A DNA stretch of 64,000 nt from Hyaloraphidium curvatum SAG 235-1 (taxonomy: Eukaryota; Fungi; Monoblepharomycota): NCBI GenBank assembly GCA_025558095.1, contig JAIVFI010000005.1:558001-622000 (forward strand). The letters are read 5' to 3'. Below are positions 1 through 12,139 of the stretch, in pieces (the first letter of the stretch is position 1; each line of letters opens with the position of its first letter). The translations under genes and the position numbers were made by a program. The notes beneath the pieces are model-generated. The model ran no database searches. It worked only from the letters and a program-made list of their open reading frames with translations, and was not told the DNA's origin.

Positions 1-2008
1 GCATTGCCAAGCTTCCACTCACGCCAAACGCTCAAGTAGAACAGCACGCTGACGAACAGAAGAATTGTGTTGACCAGAGCGTCCAGCTTTTGGAGAGCCT
101 GCCAGGCATTCTGGAGGCTCTTGTCCAGAGCGACCTTGTCCTGGTAGATCTCAACCACGGCGTCTTTCATCTCCTGGCGGCTCACGAGGGAATCTCCATT
201 GAGATCAAAGAGCGCAAACGCTTTTTCGGTCAAGCGTGGATCGCCGAAGAAGGTGGAAAAGGAGGAAAAGGGAAGCTGGTAGGTGGGATCCAACCACGAC
301 AGAGTTCGCTGCTGCGGCAAGGTTGACGTTGCGTCGGTAAAGGGGCTTGCCAGCGGCGGCTTTCCATTGCCGTCCGGCACGTTCCCTCCGTCCGCAGGCG
401 GAGCAGTTGCGGCCCCAGAAGAGTTCGCAGCGCCGGAATTGCTAGCCAAATGCGCCAAGCTGACGAACAGGTCGCGAGCCAACGTCTTTGCGTCCGTCAG
501 GGTAGAGAACTTGAACTCGTCCGTCTTCAATACGCGAAGCAGCTCTTCCTCCACGGTATGATGGGCAGTAAAATGGTGGGTCACGTTCTTCAAGGTCGCC
601 CAGTGCTTGAGCCCAGGGGAGCCACTGTTGGCTTCCCGATCGATGCCCGTTGCAGCCGCACCCGTCGTCTTGGTGACCTGAGGATGCGGCGCGGGGGCGT
701 GCACCTCGTGCGATTCGGGTGATGGTTCCGCGGAATGGTCCGGCTCCGCATTCCCCGGCGTGGGAACCTCCCCAGGATCTCGCGGATCAGTGACGCTTGC
801 GCTCGCCAGCGCCCGACACTGAATGACGGCCTTGTACAGCCGCTCCAAAACAAACTCCTCGAAGCGCGACTTCTCGCGCCGCTCCTGGTAGATGCGGCGC
901 TGGAAGGAGCGCGCAAAGCGAGACATGGAAAAGCGCGACATGAGCCAGATCCAGCAAACGACCGTGGCCACGAAGAGGAAGCTGTCCACCGTGCTGGTGA
1001 TGCCGGTGGGATTCGTGAATGCGGACCGGAACACAACAAGCGAAACGGTCGTCGAGGTCGTCAGGATTGCGAACTTCTTCGTGACGCGGATAAACTGGTT
1101 GACTGAGCATGAGGCATGGTTAGCGCGTTGCCAGAAAGGGATCGCAACCTACCGTTGTCATGCCAGGTCTCGCTCACGTAGCCGAAGATCGCGTACTGAA
1201 TCGTCAACGAAAGATAGGGAATCAAGGGAACGGTGTACCACGACAGCCAAAAGACGTCCCAGGAAATGACGCTCCATATCGACCACATGACAACGGGGTA
1301 CCCGTTGATGGCAAAGAGCGGGACCCCGTCCACGGTGGTCTTTGCGCGGAAGTTCGTCCACCACGCGAGAGGGTTCTCCACGAAGAGGATCAAATCGATG
1401 ATGCCCGGAATCATGAGAACGATCGTCCCTGCGATCGCCATGAACAAAGCTGCGTCCCCCGGAGTTTTGTTGCGCACAAAGTCAATGATCTTGGTCAGGC
1501 GCGTCTCGCGCTTCGACCAGTCCACTTCCTTGCGGTCATCGACCTCCTCGTCGATCCAAGTGAAGGTGTCCTCGGGCGGCGCGACGCCCGGCGCATTCAG
1601 GGCCGCGCTGGGGTCCTTCTGGTGCGCATCGAGGTTCTTGAGCGTCGGCACCCGCTGCGGTGGTGCCACTTTGAGAGCAGAGTTCGGCACGGGTTCGAGC
1701 GGTTGAAGAATTTCATCGTGAAGGCGCTGCTCCTCGCGGTTCGTCACGGCCGTCGAGTCCGAGAGAGCAGAGGCAGGCCGCGGCGGGACCCCGAGTCCGG
1801 TGGTCGCCGACGGCGCAATGTGGACGGCCAAAGGATCGTTCTGTACAGCTGATTCGGAGGCCCACGGCTCAAATGTTGCCCCGGAGGCAGCCGTCAACTG
1901 TATAGGCGACACGTTCGGGATCTCCGGCAGCACGGGTACTGTCCGAGAGCCCTCATCCTCGTGCGATGGCTCCAAAGGAAACCCGTCCTCGTCGATTCGC
2001 GTCGCCAT
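1..2008 (-). CDS. MscS-family mechanosensitive channel with EF-hand (fungal Msy1/Msy2-like); 3' end lies outside the window
   Basis: ATG at 2008 (MATRIDEDG). N-terminal TM helices (WSIWSVISWDVFWLSW). Intron 1103-1152 restores NQFIRVTKK...ARSFQRRIYQERREKS. EF-hand AFALFDLNGDSLVSRQEMKDAVVEIYQDKVALDKSLQNAWQALQKLD near 80-230. Confidence 0.8.
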
Positions 2009-2146
2009 TGGCGGCCGACGCGGATCAGGGTCCCCGGTTGGTGGGGGTCGCAGGGAGCCTCGCCAGGCTGCTGGCTGCTGGTGATGGCCGAGTTGTGATC
2101 GGGCCCCGTCGCTTCCCTGCTCCCCCGCCCGCCGTTTGACGCTAGA

Positions 2147-3735
2147 ATGTCCACTCAATCGGGGATCAAGCCGTCGGCGGACCTGGCCGCTGTCTTTGCG
2201 GACGCGACGAACGCGTCTACGCCGACGACGACGCGTGCGATTGCGGTGGCAATCGAGAATGGTAAACCCCCCCTGGACCCCGCGTTTCGCCCCCTCACCC
2301 CCGGCCAAACCTCAGAATCGATGGTCATCTCGAAGACATCTCCCTCCTCGGGCGACTGGGAGTCGGACTGGGAGGCCGCGGTGGCTCCACTGGCCGAGGA
2401 GAAAGCTCCGCGTCTGATCCTGTATCGGACCGACAAGCGTAGCGCCAAAGTCGGCTGGGAGTGGATCGTCCTGGAATGGGTGCCCGAGGGAGCGCGTGTC
2501 AGAGACAAGATGTTGGTGGCCGCCAGCAAGGCTACTTTGACCAAGAGCCTGGGCCAGGCCGCCTTCGTGGACAGCCTTTACGCGACCACGGCGACGGACC
2601 TCTCGCTTGAGTCGTACAAGAAGCACCTGGAATCCAAGGCGGCCGGTGGTCCTCTGTCCGAGACGGAGAAAATGCTGCTGCAGGTGAAGCTTGAGGAGCA
2701 GCAGGCGGAGCAGATTGCCCAGCGCCGGACGCCCGTGCCGAGCGCCAGGGTCACCGCCCCGATTGATACCGACGCAAAGTCGGCCTTGGAGGGCTTCGAC
2801 AAGAACAAGCTGAACCTCGTCGTGCTGGTCGGTGGATTTCGCTAGAGCTGGATGGCATGGTCGTTTATGGTGCTTCCGATCAGCTTGTCGACGGCGAGAC
2901 CATCAAGCTGGACAAGGATCCCGTGTCTGAGCCCGTGTCGACCAAGGACATCGGAAGCCACGTCCCTGCCGCTGAGCCCCGTTTCGTCGTCTTCCGCTAC
3001 CAGCGGCGAGGGGACTCGAACGGCGGCGGCCACATTCTGTTCTTCTACTGCTGCCCGCCTTCTGCCAAGATCAAGCTGAAGATGGTCTACTCCTCCTCTA
3101 AGGCCGGACTGCTCACTTTCCTCGAGAAGGACGCCGGGCTGATCCTGGCTCGCAAGTACGAGGTCGACGGACCGGCCGAAATCACGGACGAGCTCATTGA
3201 GCCGGATCTCGAATCCGCAAAGGCCTCATCGTCGGCCGCTGCAGCTCCCGCATCCCCCGCGAAGCTGGCCTTCAAGCGGCCCGCGGCACCGGGCCGCCCA
3301 CGGAGCGCGGCATCCAACGAAGGGGAGGCTTCGGGCGGATCGGTCTCTTCCCGCGTTGCGGCTTTCGAGAATCTCGAGCGCGAGGTCAGGCAGCCGGCGC
3401 CCAAGCCGGCGGCAGCCAAGGCAAAGCCTGCGACCAAGGTCGAACCTGCCAAGGTGGAACCCGAGGGGAAGAAGGAGGAGCCGGTCGCCGCGGAGCCCGA
3501 GCCTACCAGCGCCTCTGCCGAGGAGGTTCCCGATGCGGCCCCCAAGCCCACGGAAGCGCCTGCCGAGGAGGTTCCCGATGCGGCACCCGCGTCAGCTGAA
3601 GAGGCTCCCCGTGAAACGGGATCGGAGGAGGGGAAGGAGCCTGAGGCCCCGATCGCGGTTGCGGAAGCGACGAAGGAGGAGGCCTCGAAGCCGGACGAAA
3701 ACGACGAGCCCGTCAAGGATGACGAATGGGATTAG
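2147..3735 (+). CDS. TWF1: Twinfilin (two ADF-H domains) with a long acidic C-terminal extension
   Basis: MSTQSGIKPS start; WVPEGARVRDKMLVAASKATL; YCCPPSAKIKLKMVYSSSK; tail FKRPAAPGR. Introns 2262-2315 and 2828-2883. Confidence 0.92.
3517..3586 (+). repeat. Short internal coding duplication (AEEVPDAAP x2) in the twinfilin tail
   Basis: gccgaggaggttcccgatgcggc occurs twice, about 45 bp apart. Confidence 0.8.
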
Positions 3736-4055
3736 CCTGCAATGCATGTTGTAAGGGTTAAATGACGCGGCGCCGTGGCATTGCGTTCGGGATGCCATTC
3801 CCCTGTGGTCTGATGCCGCCTGATCCCTGAAAGTCTGGAAGTGGGTCCAAACGTGGCGCAGCGGGACCCCGTCAAACTCCCTCTTTCTCCCTCGTCCTTT
3901 GACGGATCTCGGTCCGCACAGAGCGCAGGAAGTGTATCTTCCTCCGTGCGGCTCTGCATCGTCCTTGTGCCGCCTGCCGAACCCGTGGGGACGACGGCCG
4001 CCACCTCCCGCTGCTCCTGCCGCTCCGGGGCGCCGTGCAGCCCCCGAACGGCACG

Positions 4056-6187
4056 ATGGGCACCGAGAGCTCATTACGTCTCGTTGTGCTCGGACTTTTG
4101 CTGATCCTTGTGGTCGCTGCGTGTCTCGATGGCGTCGAAGCCCAGAAAAAGACGACCACCAAGCGTCCCACGACCACGAAGCGCACCGCAGTGACAACGC
4201 CGTCTCCAAACCCCGCCAGGGCAAGGTTCGACTATAGCACAGCAATCCACTATGTCTATCTCTACTTCTGGGCACAACGCTCGGGCAGAATGCCGTATCA
4301 CCGGCTTGCCTGGCGTTCCCATTCCTGTCTTGATTGCAAGGGCCCCAACGGGGAGGACATGAGCGGCGGGTGGTACGAGGCGTCGAACGCCCTACATTTT
4401 GGACTGTTGAACCACTTCACGCACACGCAACTTGGATGGATTGCATGGGAATTCAGCAGGCAGTTGGACCAGATCGGACAGCTGCGCGAGGCCCGGGACT
4501 GGGTCCGCGTGGGGGCCGACCATACCTTCAATGCTCACTCCGCTCCCGATCGCCTGGTGGCCATGATGGGCATTGCCGAAGGCTCGGACTTCCTGTGGCA
4601 GGGCCCGCCGGAGGAATGGGTTCAGGGCCTTGGATATGACCGGAGCAACGGCACGTTCAGCGACTACATCAACAACAGCACCCAGCCGGGCGCGGAGATT
4701 GCCGCGCAGGCATCAGCCGGGATGTCGCTTTGCTACCTTAACTTCCGAGACACGGATGCTCCTTACGCCGAAAGGTGCTTGGCTGCGGCACGCAGCCTGC
4801 TCAAAATCGCCACAGATCGCCCCGTAAGTTTTGTGGCTGGGACTTGGGCTGACCGCTCGCCTTCCATGAAGTACCATAAGAGGTGGGTTGTTGCTGTGGA
4901 GGTCCGGATCTGGCGGTGACAGGTCTGATTTGCGGTGCTTCAGATACTACGAATCAGGCGGGGTCCAGGACGAGATTGCCCTCGCCAGCGCCTTCCTCTA
5001 CCTCGCAACGAACGAGACAACGTATTTGACCAGCGCCAGGACGGCCTTCAACGCGGCAAGCCGCGCCGCTCGGGGCTGGAGCGTTGCCTATTCCTGGGAC
5101 GACAAGTTACCAGGAGTTGCCCTCCTTCTGATGAGGATCGACAACAGGCGCAACACTGTCTACGAGCAGTTTTTGCAGCGCGCCTTTGCTTTCTGGTTCC
5201 GCGACTGCGTCGGACGCAAGTGCGGCCCCGACCAAGCCCCGGGGTCGAACGGTTGCCGCTGCGTCTTCTACTCGCCGCGGGGCTTGGCCATCCGCGACGG
5301 CTGGGGCAGTCTTGCGTGAGTGTGATGCTTGGAATGCGCACCTTATCAGGGCTGATACAGAGTCTCACAGCTCGTCGACCAACATGGGATTCCTTGCCAT
5401 GCAGTATGCTCGATGGTTGCGCACATTCAACCCCGCCGATCCCTACGCCGCCAAGCTCATCGACTGGACGATCAGTCAGGTGAATTACGTTTTGGGTGGC
5501 AGCAACGGTGGATACAGCTTCATGGTCGGCTTTGGGCGCCGCTGTGAGTGGAGAGAGCGTACGTCGACGTCTCCACCTCTGACCAGACAAACGTCTCCCT
5601 ACCCTCATTCCTAATGGTCCTACCGTCGAAACAGCGGCGGTTTATCCCCTTCATATCAGCAGCTACAACTCCTTCATTGATTTTCCCATGCGCGGCCAGA
5701 CGCCGTTTGCGATCCAGCAGGACTTCACTCCCCAGGGTTACGGCGCGACCGACAAAAGGTTGGCCGAGGAATTCACAGTGAACTTGCCGTTTCTGATCGC
5801 TTTCCGCCATGCTGCGTAAATCAGATTTGATGTGCCCAGGTTCAAGAAACCCCAGCGATTCATCCTCTACGGAGGAGTTCAGGGCGGCCCGGAGTGGTAC
5901 AACGACCGCATCATTGACGATCACTGGTGTGTCATTGAAGCGAGAATCATGCCTTGGGGATCGTAAGCTTACCCGACTCTTCGCTGTGCAGGAACTTTAC
6001 CTACACCGAACCTACGGTGGACTACTCGGCCGCTTTCCTCGGGGCTGCCATTGGACTGGTGGACGTCTACCGCATAACCAAGAAGGGGACGGACTGCGGG
6101 CTCAACCTGGGCTGGAGCCATCGGAACGCCAGGGCCAATCTGCGGCCCACATACAATGCAACCGACTGCTACCACCGCTGCTGTTGA
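4056..6187 (+). CDS. Secreted glycoside hydrolase family 9 (endoglucanase-like), multi-exon, with an atypical catalytic-base motif
   Basis: Signal peptide, K/T-rich linker, then DYSTAIHYVYLYFWAQRSG, DMSGGWYEASN, DEIALASAFLYLAT, YSWDDKLPG, QVNYVLGG, SFMVGFG and YTEPTVDYSAAF. About five short introns. Confidence 0.88.
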
Positions 6188-6213
6188 GGGGATCGTGATG
6201 CCGTTGTATCTCA

Positions 6214-9200
6214 TTATTGCAGCCAATCGATCGCAACACGACAGTAATGGATCGCTCCCTGCAAGTCCTTTTGGCCCTCGGAGTCGTTCTCCCTGAGCAT
6301 TTCGTTCGCCGCTTGGACAAGTTGCCTGCCAGAAGTGGTGTCGTCTGGGGCACGAACAACCGATTCTTCAGCAGCTGGAGACCCTTTGCTCGACGAAGCT
6401 AGCTTTGCGAGCCGTTGATGGAAGCAAGTCGATGCAAACAGCTGCGTTGAATCATTCGGATGAGAGAGAGAACGTGATCGGTCTTTGTGCTCCTCACTTG
6501 CGCTTTTTCGGCTGCGACCAACTTCCGCCTCTCCCACAGGCTTGCAACTTGGACTTGCTTGGATGCCACATCTTGCCGGTGCTGTTCCAGGACCGACTTC
6601 GCTGCCTCCAGCTCGCCAAAGTTCGTGGAAATGTCTGCAATGCCAGATCAGCTTACGCCAACTAGACTGAAGACTTCGCCTACCGCTCTCGAGCTTCCTC
6701 CATTCCTTTTCGTGGCCCCTCAGGATGCTTCGGATCTCCGCGATGCGCCGCTCAAAGCCCTTGGCGCCCACGCCGGCCTTGACTACGACCTGCATTTGCG
6801 CGGACGAATCCATCGCCTGCTTCAGCTCCGCCAGCAGGCGCTCCCTCTGCTCCACCTCGCGGTCGAGCTGCGAGCGCGCTTCCTGCGCCTCCTTGCGGAG
6901 CACGGGAAGATCGTCGCATCCCGACTCGGGGTCGATCCCGCAGAGCAACTTCTCGCACGTCGCTATCCGGGACTTCCACTGCTGGCGCGCGATGCAGAGC
7001 TGCGCGAGGAGATGGCGTGCATCCCCGTGGGCGGAAGTGATATCGCGGAGGAGCGTGTGGGCGCTGGTGGCCGCGGTTTCGAGCTTGTGCAGGGCTTCCG
7101 TGGCCCTGGCCTCCCAGGTAAGGAACGAGTCCGTCTTGCCGTCCTTCATCAACTGCACCTCCCAGATGCTCGAATCCATCTTTGAAAGAGTGATCCGGAG
7201 TCTTTGCAAATTTCTCGAACTCGTAGCAATAAACAGCCCCTCCCGCGCGATCTGGCGCACGAGGTGTGCGCAGGTCTTCTCTCGATCCGCAACCTCCTGC
7301 CTGCACTGCGACAGATTCTGCACCTCCTCATCCGTCTGCTTGGTAAGCTGACCAAGGGCGCGCGATCGGTGGGCAAACTCCCCGCTGTGCGCCCCCAGAA
7401 GCCCCCTGATCTCGGCCACCTGCGCCTCCAGGTCCCGGATGGTGGCCTGATGAGGGCCGAGCAGCTCCCCTGACCGTTCCAGCTGCTCCTTCAGTCGGTT
7501 GGCATCCTTTGTCAGCTTCTGCTCCTCGGCGATGGACCTCGCCACGGCCTTCTTTGCCTTTTCTAGGCTTCCCTGGACGGAGGCCAGCTCCTTGCTCCGC
7601 TCCGCGTAGCGGTCGTCGACGCCGCGCTGCGTGCTCCTCGCTGCAGCAAGCTGAAGCTCCGCAGCTTCGACCTTTGCAACGGCGTGTCCAACGTCGGTCT
7701 TGCAGAGGTCGATCAGCTTCTCGACCGCCGTGCACCGGCCGGCGAGCTCCGAGAGCCGGAGGTTGAGCGCCTTGGCAATCGTGGCATGCTGGGACGAGCC
7801 CATGCCCGAAAAGACGGAGCACATTTCGTGCAGCATGCTCTTGAGCTCGGCGACCTTCCTGATCGCGGATTCCGTGGCCCGCTCGAGCGCCGCGTTTTCG
7901 GCCTGCTGCTTTTCGACCGCACGCTCGGCTTCCCGGACGCCGGCCCGGGCGCGGAAGAGCTCGGATGATAGCTCGGAAGCCTGCCTCTCCGCCTCGACGG
8001 TCTGGTCGGCGATCGCGGCACCGTCCGTCTCCATGGAAGCGAGCGCGTCTTGAAGCTTGCGCCGCTGCTCGGCCACATCCTCCGCGTCCGCGCGGATCCT
8101 TTCGAGCTGCTGGTCGTGCGCCGCTCCCTCGGCTCGCACTGCTTCCAGCGAGGCGTTGGCTCCCGCGAGCTCGTTGTTGCGCTCCTGCAGCTTCCGCACG
8201 GCCGACTCGTAGGCCGAAGTGACGCCGCCCAGGTCGAAGCCGACGACGTCGATATCGGCGGACGCGCGGCCGATCTCGGCTTCGAGCCTCTGGTTCTCCG
8301 CAGCGGCCTGCTCCAGCCTCGCCGACAAGTCCGTCCGCCTGCTCTCCAGCTTGGCCCTCGCCTCGCGCAGGTTTGCATCCAGCCTGCGCAGCCGCACCTC
8401 CGCATCTTCCGCCGGCGGTCGGCCCCTCGCCTCGTTCCCCAGCTGCACCGTCCTCAGCTCCTCCCGCACCCCCTCGAGCTCCCTCCTCGCGCGCCAGTTC
8501 CCCGCCTCGAGCGCCCCCAGCTCCGCCCGCAGCGCCGCCGCGTCCTTCCTCCGCGCCGCCAGCCCGGTTCTCCCCGCCTCCCACCGTTCCCGCGCCATCT
8601 CGTTGCGCGCGTCGGCGACCTCGCGCTCCCGCCTGCGGCGCTCCGCGGCGTCCGAGAGGTCCTTGGCCGAGGACTGCACCCGCTTCTGCTCTTCGAGGAC
8701 AGAGTACAGCCGCACGCCGGCCTCCTCGCGGGCCTTGGAGGCCGCGGCGAGGTCCCGCTGCGCGGAGCGGATGCGGGACGAGAGGGCGCCGAGGGTTTCG
8801 GAGAGGCGGGCGCGTAGGCGCTCCTGCAGGGGGGCCAGCAGGGGCTGCGACGAGGTGTGAGGTGAGAATGAAGTGGCAGCAAAGGACGAGAAAGGTGACC
8901 CACGTCGTTGGGATCCATGGAGGCTGCGTCATCCGGGTCCTCGCCAACCAGCGGTTCCGGCGGGTCTAGCGCCGCGTTGGCCCCCGACAGCATAGGCATA
9001 GGGTTGGAAGGAATGTCGTCTGCTCCGAGCGGTGGGCCCGCCGGAGGATCCGAGGACGAAACGGTGTACCACTCCGACGCTCCAGCGGCGGACTCTGCAC
9101 GGGGTTCGCCGCCCCGCGGGCCGCCATCCTCCAGCCTGCTTTCCGCGAGGGACACGGCGTTGCCGGGCACGGTTTCCGACACCGATGTCCATTCGTCCGC

Positions 9201-9326
9201 GCTGGTATCGGGGTTGTGCATAGACTCCGCGGCGTCGAAGTAGCGGTCCGGCTCCGCAGGCGCGGCCTGCATCGCATTTTCGGAGCCTTGGTCCCCTGAC
9301 GGGGGCATATGGAGTGGCCCGTCCAT
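6214..9326 (-). CDS. CCDC40: Long coiled-coil protein, CCDC40/FAP172-like (axonemal ruler)
   Basis: Acidic disordered N-terminus. Intron 8845-8903 gives MDPNDPLLAPLQERLRARL...REEAGVRLYSVLEEQ, resembling recalled CCDC40 LDPDHPLMVRFQAAL...RQELGVNLYEVQQ, followed by >700 aa of heptads. Confidence 0.6.
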
Positions 9327-9647
9327 TGACCGGGCGCCGCCGGATGTTTCAGGAGAACGGAATGCGTTGAACCAGGGGATTCCGGGGTGGGGCACGGTGC
9401 GCGTCGGAGCTCCTCTGCGGCCGCACTACGCGGTCAGGGGCCTCCGCATCGGCGCCTGCAGACGAGCTGGTAGCCTGCTTCGCGCTGGACACGGGATCGG
9501 CACCCGAGTCGGAGTTTCGACAGTTGCTTCGGAGGCCTCCGCGAGCGGGGCAAGCGTCGTTGCCGCGCCAACATCCGCGACCCCAACCGTCGTCCGCACC
9601 CCGAATCAAACCACTCCCGGCGCCCGCGAGACCCGGCGCGCCCCGCC

Positions 9648-12027
9648 ATGATGCTCGGCACGCGGAGTGCGGGCACGCCCCGCGGCGCCGGAGCCGCCGA
9701 GAACCGCCGCACCCCGCGGGCCGCCGCGCCCGCCAAGGCACCGCGCAGCGCCGGCCGCGCGCGCGGATCCGCGGAGAACGCGCGGCCGGGCAGCGACTCG
9801 GAGGACGACGCCGTCGTGGCGCCGCCCGCGCCGAAGATGAAGAAGCGCCAGCGGGTCGCCGCGGCACCCGCGGACGGGCCCGCCCAACCGGCGGACGCGG
9901 GCAACGGTGGGCACACCGGCACACACCCGCAGCGCCGCAGATTCTGACTGATCCGACCCGCTTAAACAACAGACAAGCCGTCGCCGGCCGAAAAGGCGGA
10001 AAAGGCAGCCGTCCCGCCCGCGACCGCTCCCTCGCCGGCCCGCCCTACACCGCTCTCGCCCTCGCGCTCCAACAACAGGCCGCTGCCCGAGAAGCTGCTG
10101 CTCTCCCCGCACGCGCCAAAAACCCCCTCCTCGCTCCGGATGGCCGTCCTCCCCGCCGGATCCGCCGAGCGCGACGGGCCCGACTCGTCGCCGACGGCCG
10201 GGCAGGAGAACGTGGCGCCCACCGCGGACACCCCCTCGAACCGGGCGTCGAAGCACCCGCCCAAACCGCCCAAGCTGGCCACCGAGTCGTCTCCCCACAC
10301 CCCGACCAACCCGCCCGACCCGTCCGTCGGCCTCGTCACGCCGCAGCACCACCGCCCCTCGCTCAACCCGTACCTCTCCCAGGCGAAGCGGCTCTTCCGC
10401 CGGTCGACGAAGCCGCAGCGCCTCGTGGGCAGGGAGAAGGAGCGCGCGGCGCTTGCGGAGCTCGTCGAAAACGCCAAGGCCGGCCGCACCGAGGCGCTCT
10501 ACGTCGCGGGGTGCCCGGGCTCGGGCAAGACGGCGCTTGTCAGGGACGTGCTCAAGACCACGGCCGAGGCGGACGGCTCGCCGCTCAGGGTCGTGTTCGT
10601 CAACTGCATGTCGCTGCAGACCCCGCAGGCCGTGTGGTCGCGCATCCTCGAAGAGCTGGAGGGGGTCACGTCGCCGACCACGCCGACCGGCAAGGGCAAG
10701 GCGGTCAAGCAGGTCGAGAGCATCCTGCTGGGCGAGGAGGAGCCGCCGTCCAAGAAGCGCAAGGCGTCGCAGATGAAGTCGGACAAGAAATAGTGGGCAT
10801 CCGTGCGACCCGACTTGCGGCCCGTGGGCCTCACGAATCGATCTCGCAGCCTCCTGGTCCTCGACGAGGTCGACTACCTCGCCAAGCACGCCTCGACCAT
10901 GTCCTCGGGCTCCTCCAAGAGCGACGAGGACTCGGACGCGCTCATTCGCATCTTTTCGTGGCCGCGGAGGGCGGGGTCCAAGGTCTCGGTCATCGGCATC
11001 GCCAACGCCCTCGACTTGACGGAACGAGTCTGCGGGCGTCTCAAGATGGCCGGCTGTGCGTGTACATGCCATCCCTTGCCAATTCGGGGCTGACAAACTT
11101 GTGTGCAGGGGAACCGCAGGTGCTCCACTTTGTCCCGTACACGGTCGAGGAGATCAGCGCCATCATCAAGGACCGGCTTGACAGCGCCGCTGAGGCGGAC
11201 GGGATCGACAGCAAGGAGCCGCTGATGCAGCCCCAGGCCATCCTGCTGGCGGCGCGCAAGTGCGCGGGCACGGGGGACCTGCGGAAGGCGCTGGACGTCT
11301 GCAGGTGCGTTTTGTTGGCAGGTTTCCTGCAAAGGACCGCCTTGACCTTTCTCCCCGATTTCGCAGACAAGCGATCGAGCTCTACGAGGCCGATTTGCGG
11401 CAGCAGTCTCCCTTCCCGAGCAGCCCGACCACTCCGACGGGATCGGCGGCGCCGTCTCCGGCCGTCGTCCCCAAGATCACCCTGCGACACATCAACCAGG
11501 TCACGACCGCCTCGCTCGGCGCCGCATCCACGGGCTCGGAAAAGATCCGCAACCTCAGCTTCATCCAGAAGACGCTCCTCATGACCGTCTGGCTCGCCCG
11601 CAAAAAGGCCAAGCAGAACGCGCCGAACAAAGTTGGAGGCTCAAAGACTACGGGCGCCGTGTCGCTCAAGCAGATCTTTGCCGAGTTTGACAACCTCGCG
11701 CTCAAGAAGCTGCACATCCCCACCGTCTCGCGAACGGAGCTCCAGGATATCATCATGACGCTGCAGACCTATTCCCTGGTCGCGCGCGCGTCGGCGTCGG
11801 GGACGGGCAGGGCGTCGACGCCCAAGGACACGGACTCGTTCCGCCTCGAAATCTCCGAGTCGGCGCTCAAAATCGGCCTGGAAGATCCGCTGGCGGCGCA
11901 CGAGGACGAGGCGGCGGGGAACAAGGGGGGCACGAAGCTGCTGCTGCGGGTGTACGAGGAGCAGGAGAGGCTCGAGAAGAGGCTGAAGCAGCTGGGCGGG
12001 GAAGGGGACGACCTCGCGGAGGAGTGA
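9648..12027 (+). CDS. CDC6: Cell division control protein 6 (Cdc6/Cdc18) AAA+ ATPase
   Basis: LVGREKE, Walker A LYVAGCPGSGKT, VNCMSL, Walker B LVLDEVD, IGIANALDLTER, FVPYTVEEI, GDLRKALDVCR, winged-helix tail. Four introns (about 9907-9973, 10794-10849, 11056-11109, 11305-11366). Confidence 0.93.
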
Positions 12028-12139
12028 AGCACGCAGCTTGCAAGCACTGGGAATGGAACCGCTTGTATCCAAGCGATTGCTCACACCGGAAGCCCTCTCC
12101 AAATGTCACGTTCGCCCATAATCACTTTGTCCCGGCACC

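Noticed and set aside
2262-2315. Apparent insertions in twinfilin, ABCG-B (about 20138-20195) and the NELF-A-like gene (49151-49201)
   Set aside because: Stop-free 3n introns with normal donor, branch and acceptor sites, expected at high GC. They are not protein insertions.
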